From Octopus sinensis (taxonomy: Eukaryota): DNA of 64,000 bases. Location: contig NC_043015.1 of assembly GCF_006345805.1 (NCBI RefSeq), positions 44,144,001 through 44,208,000 of the forward strand, given 5' to 3'. Both the position numbers and the translations under genes were made by a program. Shown piece by piece: positions 54,918-64,000 of the stretch; position 1 is the stretch's first letter, and every line of letters begins with the position of its first letter. The notes under the pieces were generated by a model. The model had not been told where the DNA came from, did no database searches, and was given only the letters and a program-made list of their open reading frames with translations.

Positions 54918-55100
54918 ATGTATTTTTCTCTCCTTGTTTCTCTCCGTGTTTCTTTTCTGTGTATCTTTCTGTTGAAGAGCGTAGGCTCGAAACGTAAAAG
55001 ACTTGTTTTATTTATATTCCTGAGCGCCATACTAATACAATTGTTTTTTTTGTATTCCACCTGCCTTCGTCTTTTGTTTATTTTCATAAAGCTTCCCGTT
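54918..55100 (+). mobile_element. Second copy of the hammerhead-like ~200-bp repeat
   Basis: TCTTT-CTGTTGA-A-GAGC-GTAG-GCTC-GAAACGT-A-AAAGA at 54964-55001. Confidence 0.75.
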
Positions 55101-56761
55101 ATATATATATACATATTAATCTCCTTTGCATTTGCCTGTAATGATCCAATATTAAAGCTGGCCATTATTTTAGTTCGGGGCAAGTTTCAGTAACACTAGT
55201 AGCAAGACTAGTGTAGTGAGTTGCCGGCATTGTTGCAACACAAGTTGTATGAAAGGAGGATAGACGGGAAGATCAGGAATGAGTGAACGGAAATGATATC
55301 GGTCCTGGCAGTTCTGAGGATCAGAGAGCCTTATTGATGAAAATTCAGAGCCTGGATACGATGCGCCTATGAACCGGAGACTAGTGTTTGTCTGTAAATG
55401 GCTTTATAATCACGTGTAGGTCGGTAATTTGTTTGCAGCGGCAGCAGTACCATCTTATATATATGTCCAACACTCCGTTGGCAGCCTCAACTGAATTAGA
55501 ATTTCAAGGAAATAAGAAACCTTTATGAATGACTAAATGACGGCTAAAATTTCAAGGCAGTAGGAAACGCATTCATTAATGTCTAATGCATAAAATTTCA
55601 AGAGCAAATAGGAAATTAATCGTAATAATGTCACGTCTTGACAATGTATTTCCCTGATATACAACTTGTTTCTGACCTCCTCTACATTGAAGTTATATTT
55701 CAGACATGTCCGTCACCTGTTTACACAGAAGCGTGATCGGGTTTTAAATGGAGCCACCGTAATAACACTTCTTTCGAAATGTCCTCAGCAACATCTAAGC
55801 GTGTGTATGTTGGTGCTACGTACGTATATTTACCGCTGTTTACTTGTAATTATGTAGGTTCCTGCTGTATTTTTTTTGGTTTCCTTTTCCTGTTAGTTTT
55901 TGTAAATATTTATGCCTGTTATTAACAGTATCATGATATATTTGCATATATTTACATCTAAGAGGCTGTGTGTGTTCGTGTGATTCAACGAGTGTGTGTG
56001 TCTGTGTGTATGTTGCTGTATTCATGTATTTTCTTTCATCTGTGATTATATGATTATATGTAATTGCCGCACTCGGTGTTGGTGTTAGTGTTTGTATCGG
56101 TGTATGTAAATAAGCATTTCAGCTTTAATATAGCTTTCTTTAAAATTTATCGGTTTTATTCATAAGAACTCTTAATAAGGTGATAAATCTTCATTCCACT
56201 AGGGAAGTAATCAGGATTGTATGTTATTGTAATTAACGTGTTGCGAATAGAACATAATTCACACTTAAACGTATTGGTTGCGCGAAAATTTAAGCTGCGT
56301 ATCAAAACGTATAATTTAATTTATGCGATAAACATTGTAAATATTTCCGTCTTTTACTTTCGTTTTCCTTTTTTTTTTTATGATGTAGTTGTAATTACAA
56401 ATTTGGACTGTATAGTTAGGGTCGATGGTTCGAAAATCACGTGAAAATATATCGACGAAAACATCACACAAATTGCTTTCAGATATATTTTGTGATATCG
56501 ATAAGTGAGCGAAAGCAACTCGTTCATTTTGGTTTTATTGGGAGCTGACACTTTGTTATGTTTCTCCCGAATAACTCAATAAATTAAATAATAATTCTTT
56601 CAATCAATGAATAAGCATTCCTAAAACTTGCAGTGAAGAGCGCAATAAAATAATTCAATTACTGTTATCAATCCGTTATTATTTTCTGTAGCGAAGCCTC
56701 CATACTTAAATTGGTACAAATTGGTATTGAACATCAACGGATGATCCATTAAAAACAAATG

Positions 56762-57369
56762 CAGTAAACCCTCGACTATCGCGGGTGTTACGCTCCCCCC
56801 ACGCCCCACAATAGATGAAACTCCGCGAAGTAGAAACAGAATTGTACTGTATATTTATTTTTTATTTTTATAATTTGTATATATTTATCTATATATATAA
56901 AGCTGAAGTTGTCTGCGTGTGGCAGGTTTGGTAGCCTTCAACTAACACTATCTCCTCCGAGACCCTGCGGCGCAAGTTGACCAAAATTGAGAGTATGATG
57001 GAAGAAGGCTTGCTCTTCCTTCTGTTGCAGAAAGAATTCAAATCAGACCATGTTAACACCAAAAATTAGTTACATCAAAAAGGTGCTTTTTTGTCCTATG
57101 AAAATCCCTATTTTTTACGATTCTTTTACTTCTGTGTCGCCATTTTTCGGTGTATTTCAAACAGAAAAGTGTTCACTTAAAGAAAATAACATAATGCAAA
57201 ATTTTTACTTTTCAAAAATTCCAATTATAAACGATCGAAACAAACCCGAGCAACGCCGGGCGATACTGCTAGTTTTATTATAAATGCAAAATAACACCAC
57301 TGATGAATAGACGTAAGCTTAAATAATAAACATGCGATAGGTGAACCGCGATACGGCGAGGGATGACTG
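56762..57369 (+). mobile_element. Tigger/pogo-like MITE interrupted by a Helitron
   Basis: TIRs CAGTAAACCCTCGACTATCGCGG / CCGCGATACGGCGAGGGATGACTG|TA. Confidence 0.82.
56888..57272 (+). mobile_element. Non-autonomous Helitron
   Basis: A|TC start, CCCG...CGGG hairpin 57245-57260, CTAG|T end; the empty site is visible in the 33493 copy. Confidence 0.88.
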
Positions 57370-57980
57370 TATATGAATGATGAAGATTGTCTCCGTAGCT
57401 TTTAAGTGACTGAAAACCCCTGACCTTGGTGATTATTTTGAACGGAGTCAATTAATGCAACGGAAAGAAATAAATGTCACGTTTAATACCATGCTGTATA
57501 TGTGTACATTTGTGGACCCATTTTCGCTGTACAGTATCAACAATAAATATCTCCATTCTCACTAATTATATCCTGTCATTTGCTTCATAATGCTTCGATA
57601 AATTTACAGCTACGTACTTCAAAGTACTGTATTGATTTAAGAAGTAAGTATATTATTCTCGGAATTAATTGGAGATTTCTGATGTATTATTTATGATATA
57701 CGTTATTCAGAGAGAAGAATTTTATAAAGGTTTCTATCTGACATTGAAACTTTAATAAATACTTTTATCGTTTAAAATATTATTCGAAATATTATTAAGG
57801 GTTAAAAAAAATATTTTAATTTCATTTAGAAAATACAGATAAAAAATATACTTTTGACATGCTTTCATGCGTATGTGCGTAGCTGCTGCGGTTATATTTC
57901 GCATCCGTTTTTGAGGGTATTTCAGAGCTTAAATTGTTTTTAAAATATTAGAGGACCATAACACAGACATATCAACAAAT

Positions 57981-58180
57981 GATGCAGCACGAAGATTTGT
58001 CAGTGAACAGGTCGCGGTCTCGAAGTGATGAAAATATTTTGACAAATTAAATTTAAATGTTGAAGTGAATTTAACGGTTTTTGTGTGTTTCTTAAATGGC
58101 TTATAAACACCTTCCACGCTGCAATTGTTTTCGTTCGAGCACACGATCTCAGATCTGGTCACTTACTATGCAAGTACATC
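57981..58180 (+). mobile_element. Solo copy of the G3-C8 hammerhead-like repeat
   Basis: TTTGTCA-GTGAACA-G-GTCGC-GGTCTCGAA-GTGAT-GAAAATATTT-TGACAAA at 57996-58046. Confidence 0.8.
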
Positions 58181-59514
58181 TGCGATAATTGTATCAATTT
58201 CTTTTAACTCGCAATACTGTGAAACGTCCAATAGGGATGTTAACATTTCCCAAACAAGGTACGTTTTAGAGAATCCTATTTGCGAATTTATCTCAAATTT
58301 CCGAGGAAGAAATATATCAGATGAAACCTAACAGAAAAATTTAACTCTTCCCGAAGAGGCTCCTTATAACCATGTCATGAAAACATCGAACGATGGGCAA
58401 CTCACACAAGCAGGACAGCAATGGTATCTAAATTGAAGAGGAGCAAGTTCATTAGTATGTTATGAAGTGACCGGATATGCTAAAATCAGCGAGTGAAACA
58501 AAATTGCTAAGTAGATAATTAAATAAACTCACCCGACTTCACTTTACCATTGAGGACGTTCTTTCCTGTACCAAAAACATCATGTATTAGTAGCATAGCC
58601 ATCGTACGATCTCAGCAAACGCTAACAATATAAATCTACAATATTAGTTACCAGCAGAAATCTTTGCTTCTCCAAAATACACCAAGGCTCAGAGTCATTC
58701 TTCATTTCTATAAGATGACGTACAACCAGACCAGTTCACTTATCTAAGCTTTTCTGAAGGCATTAAAAAATTAAAACAGTATTTGAAAACATATTTAAGA
58801 TCCAACTCCTAATAAGATTACTGCCAAAACATCTCATTGTGAACGGATGAGGATTTTAGTGTTATACTTCGACTAATAATTTATACTAATCTTTTATAAA
58901 ACTCTCTGCAGTAACATCTCCTTTAAAACACAGGTGAATTAAGTATAGTTAATTACATTATATATAAGAAGATATGAGGAAGAAAAACTTTGGCTGTAAT
59001 TCCTTTCCCGATTCTAAAGCTAATATTTACAATAACAGTGAGAACACCCTTAACTGATGTGGTTAAATAAGCCAGATTTATTTCCTACTGCATTCTATAT
59101 ATAATTTAATTCTGAAATTCTGAAATACTCCATTGCATTTTTGGATAAAAAATATTAATTTAAACAATGTTTTATTTTTCTCGTCACTTATGGCGTACAT
59201 TTTGTAAAAGAAAATATCTTGGCTCACCACATCTGATTTTTATTTTACACTTTATTACTCAACAGGCAACAAGGGGCGTCTTTCTGAAGTCATTCTTTTA
59301 AATTATCCCGTATCTCGGCGTTTATTTACGAATAAACTATATTCTCCCTGGTCATACTAAAATATGGCTTTCACTAAGCCGCCAGGGTTAGATTTCATAA
59401 GACCTAAACATATCTGATGTTGACACTTTACTGCTAAAGATGAGATTCCCCACTTCTATAGAAGACAGTGAACCATTACAAATAAACTTGCTGCATGGTT
59501 GTGATGTACTTGCG

Positions 59515-59700
59515 GGCGAATTGAAAGAAACGTTACTGCAGCGAAAATTATACTTTAAGTTACTTTTTCCGGTTTAGTAAATTCTGAGTTTAAAACTCGT
59601 CGAGGTCAACTTTACTCTTCTCTCCTTCGTGGTCAGTATAATAAAGTACCAACTTGATATTAGCGATTAAATCTTTTCTTAAAAATTGTTGGCCTTATAC
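59515..59700 (+). mobile_element. Highly diverged SINE family B
   Basis: TTCTGAGTTTAAAACTCGTCGAGGTCAACTTT...ATAAAGTACC. Confidence 0.6.
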
Positions 59701-59915
59701 CTATATGATAAAGCATATAACGACCAACTTATGCTAGTTGGGACCCACATATAATTGACTTAGATTTGTTCTTTTCAGAGCCATTCAGTCATAAACGGTG
59801 AACGTACGGCCAAAGTGTTTCCATATATGACCATTTCGACTGCCGTTCAGACTACACCATCGACTGCATCCTATTTTAAGGGAACTAAATTTGATTTAAG
59901 GAGTTTCAGCTGCTA

Positions 59916-60332
59916 TACTCTTTACTCTATTACTCTTGTACTTGTTTCAGTCATTTGACTGCGGCCATGCTGGAGCACCGCCTTTAATCGAGCAACTCGA
60001 CCCCGGGACTTATTCTTTTGTAAGCCCAGTACTTATTCTATCGGTCACTTTTGCCGAACCGCTAAGTAACGGGGGCATAAACACACCAGCATCGGTTGTC
60101 AAGCAATGCTAGGGGGACAAACACAGACACACAAACAAACACACGCATATATATATACATACATATATACGACGGGCTTCTTTCAGTTTCCGTCTACCAA
60201 ATCCACTCACAAGGCTTTGGTCGGCCCGAGGCTATAGTAGAAGACAGTTGGTCAAGGTGCCACGCAGTGGGACTGAACCCGGAACCATGTGGTTGGTAGA
60301 CAAGCTACTTACCACACAGCCACTCATGCGCC
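59916..60332 (-). mobile_element. SINE family A, full length
   Basis: Near consensus; appears to split an older repeat at GCTGCTA|TATCTAG. Confidence 0.92.
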
Positions 60333-61111
60333 TATATCTAGTAAGTCTAGGCTTCACGTTGGGGAGCTCCTTTGCAATCATAGGTGATGCTTGTAAGTCA
60401 ACATTGTCCCAGTCACTTGATGATCTTGAGAATATAATAGCGCTACGTACAAGGTTTTCTGGGAGAACAACACCTACTGTATGCTATCACCCCATCCAGA
60501 AGAAACTCGTTTCTCGTTTCTCAATGAAACAGTAAAACCCCTGTTTCCAGTAAGACTTGTAGAAAGTAAATGAAATAATTAAATAAATAAATGGTTGATA
60601 TTGAAACTGAAGATCGAAAGCCATTTATGTTATAATAAAATAAGATATTATTTCTTATCAAGAGAAGTGTTTACACGAGAAGTTTCGCCAAACATGTGAT
60701 TGGAATCTGATAACAATATCTAAGCTTGGATACTGTACAGTATAATGACGTTAGTTGTGACTAATTATTCAGCCTTAATTGGCGCTGGAACATGGTTTTA
60801 ATGACGAAGAGCGGCCAGTTCACATCAGTAATATCAATGTTGGCAAAGAAAAAGTACCGAGAAACAATTAGTGTAAATTCGATGAATTACGAACGCCTAT
60901 CGATACACAAATTCCACAAATTAAGAGTTACACGGTATCCAGCTTGCCTAGTTTCTATCGCTCACTGAAACTCAACAAATGATAGAAAGAAGATAAGAAA
61001 AAGAAAATATATAAGAAAAGGAAAGAAATATTGTTTTATTTTAATTCGCTTACCTTGCTGTCAATATGCATAATTTGATAAACCTTAATGAATGATTGAA
61101 ATAAAAATAGA

Positions 61112-61243
61112 CTATTATTATTGTTATTATTATTATTATTGTTATTATTATTATTTTTATTATTATCATTATTATTATTATCATCATCATCATCATTATT
61201 ATTATTATTATTATTATATTATTATTATTATTATTATTATTAC

Positions 61244-61297
<54 letters not shown>

Positions 61298-61322
61298 TAT
61301 TATTATTATTATTACCATTATA

Positions 61323-61361
<39 letters not shown>

Positions 61362-61436
61362 GTTATTATTATTATTATTATTATTATTGTTATTATTATT
61401 ATTATTATTATTATATTATTATTATTATTATTATAG
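61112..61436 (+). repeat. (TAT)n microsatellite
   Basis: Direct reading. Confidence 0.95.
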
Positions 61437-62301
61437 ATTATTAGTAGCAAGTGTATGTGATTGTGTGCGTGCGTGCATGTGTGTGTATGTATATGGTTTC
61501 AACAATTTTATTAGTAAGTACTGAAGTGAAGGAGATTTCGAAATTATATTCACATCTACAAGGCATTTTTAATGTTTCGAATTAATATATCATGTACGTA
61601 TTTTGTTTTGCCGGGAAAATGAAAATAGATTTAACACCGATTTAGTGCAGAAGAGAAAAGGAAAAATAGGAGATGGATGGCAAATATGACGCAGAAAATA
61701 AAATAAAAATGAAATAATATAGAGAACGAAGCACAATAATATCTACAGCTATATCGAAAATTTCATCAAGAGTAGGAACAAATCATTCTCAACGTTGCAG
61801 TCTATGATATTATCTTTATAGCAAAATAAGCATTTTGAGATATGTCTATAAAATATAGCAAAGTTTCGCTTTTACAATATTTACTTATTTTATTGTCGTA
61901 TTTTGGAATCGGTTCATTTTTAGCGTTGTAATAAATGCATTTTCTCTTCTTCTATTTGTTTCAGTCATTGGACTGCGGTCTTGTTAGGGGGGGGGGACAC
62001 GGTAATTGAAGGGTTTTAATCGAACAAATCGACGGCTGGACTTATGGCTTTCTTTTTACGTCTGTTACGTATTTAATTGTTAACTCTTGTCGAAAAAAAA
62101 AAGACATAAGCAAACTAACATCGGGTTTTTCAAGCGGCGAGTGTAGAAAGCGCAAGCACCGGAACACACACACACATACACACACACACACACACAAACA
62201 CACACACGCACATGCAGGCACGCACACACACACACACACACACACACATGCACGCACGCACACAAACACACACGCATACGCACACATACACACTTACTCA
62301 C

Positions 62302-62354
<53 letters not shown>

Positions 62355-62380
62355 TAGATAGATAGATAGATGGATGGATG

Positions 62381-62440
<60 letters not shown>

Positions 62441-62441
62441 T

Positions 62442-62850
62442 AGGCGCAGGCATGGCCCTGTGGTAAGAAGCTTGCTTCTCCCAACACATGGTTCCAGGTT
62501 CAGTCTCGTTGCGTGGCACCTTGGGAAAGTTTTGGTCGGCCAGAGGTTATACTCGGGCCGACCAAAATTTTGTGAAGGGATTTGGTAGACGGACTATATA
62601 TATATATATGTGTGTGTGTGTGTATACATACATATTTATGTGTGTGTATTTGTGTCTGTGTGTCACCACCCACCATCCGATATTTGACAACCGATATTGG
62701 TGTGTTTGCATCGCCATAACATAGCGGTTCAGCAGAAGAAACCAATAGAATAAGCACCAGGCCCACAAGGAATATGTCCAGGGGTAGTTTTCGTTGACTA
62801 AAAGACGCTGCTCCAGCATGGCCACCGTGAAATAACTGAGACGAGTAAAT
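62442..62850 (+). mobile_element. SINE family A, diverged
   Basis: Collinear match. Confidence 0.82.
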
Positions 62851-62929
62851 CTAACACTGGGGTTTTCAAGTGGCGTGTGTGGCAAACACAAGCACAGAAT
62901 GTACACAGACAGAGACAGACACTCACAAT

Positions 62930-63104
62930 GGACTTCCATACAGTTTCCATTTGACTATTTTATCAAATTCACTGAAAAGGCGTTACATTGGTCGACCCCG
63001 GGCTATAATAGAAAAGGCTTGCCCAAGGTATCCTGCATTATGAGTGAACGCAAAACCATGTGGTTGCAAAACGGACTTCTTTACCGCAGAGCCATGTTTG
63101 CGCC
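62930..63104 (-). mobile_element. SINE family A head, highly diverged
   Basis: GGCTATAATAGAA...GCCCAAGGT...AACCATGTGGTTG...CTTTACC...GCGCC. Confidence 0.7.
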
Positions 63105-64000
63105 TAAATTTCGTTGTGTTTTTATTCAGATTTCTGTTGTGAATGAAGACAACATTGATATTTAGCAACTATGAATGTCATCAAATTTATAATTCATATC
63201 TATAAAATTCCAAGCTACCCATTCATCATTGAATATTTGCAAAGATCAGCGAGTTCACGTAATGTGAAGAAAACAATTTATAATTGAGTTCGTTATTTTG
63301 CAAACTTAAAGATTATTAGCCTTCATTATAACTGAGCGATGAAATTAAGAGCTGAGCACAAAAATGAAACCAAACATATATGAATCAGTGCAATAAAAAT
63401 TGTCAGAAATAATTACATCTTGAAATTTGAATTTATCAGTTGAAAATTTGGGACGTGATAATATAATGCATACTATATCCATATTCTTGCGATTTATCAT
63501 CTCCATTATATGAATTTTAGGCATGATTATTAGTTTTCTGGTTATTACATTTGCTATAAAATCACAGCAGTTAAAATACGAATAATATTATAGCTTTAAT
63601 TCTATCGACCAAACTCCTCTTATTCTTCATAAACAAAATCATAAGACCAAGTGAGTTACCAATGATCAAGATACGTAGGAAGGTAGAGTTTATATTATTT
63701 CATATTATGAAAAATTGTGTTCCTTTCTATGATGGAGGTGAAGGTCAAATCAAGATCGAGCTGTAGTTATACAATTCTGATGTACAAAAACGCAGTAACA
63801 AGTATATTATATACTAGCACTATGACCCGGCGTTGCCTAAGGCGACTAAGGTCGCTATTCAGCACCGGTATTGCTAGAAATAAAACCCAAAATAACTCAT
63901 ATCCACAATAACTCACCGTCTTATTTACAAACATCGGGCGTAATAGATCACACGTAATTTCGAGTTTACATTAACGCTTATCAGTGGCTCTCAACACACA

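Noticed and set aside
55499-55620. Three degenerate ~46-bp repeats (AATTTCAAG...GAAA)
   Set aside because: Ordinary local tandem duplication with no further structure.
57300-57330. CTGATGA inside the Tigger-like MITE
   Set aside because: No GAAA or stems, and it is not conserved in the 33493 copy.

Overview
Eukaryotic, AT-rich, microsatellite-saturated non-coding DNA, most likely a cephalopod (Octopus) genome; this is inferred from recognising the abundant tRNA-derived SINE families, not from a search. There is no intact multi-exon gene. The best gene evidence is a probable first coding exon (signal-peptide-like, minus strand, 440-347) at the left edge, so most of the window is probably upstream or intergenic. 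Nearly all ORFs in the track are microsatellite translations. Supported elements: about 30 SINE copies in four head/tail types, a Tx1/L1-type and a CR1-type LINE 3' fragment, three decayed Tc1/mariner transposons, Helitron-like and Tigger-like non-autonomous elements, a Penelope-like GIY-YIG remnant, two minisatellites and a 100-N gap. Two signals stand out. First, several unrelated short repeat families fold into minimal type I hammerhead ribozymes, including one family whose three copies all swap the core C3-G8 pair to G3-C8 and another with A6U; two loci form head-to-head foldbacks. Second, one SINE family forms concatemers that restart at the same internal hairpin position at six junctions. 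All structures were read by eye and no activity is demonstrated.
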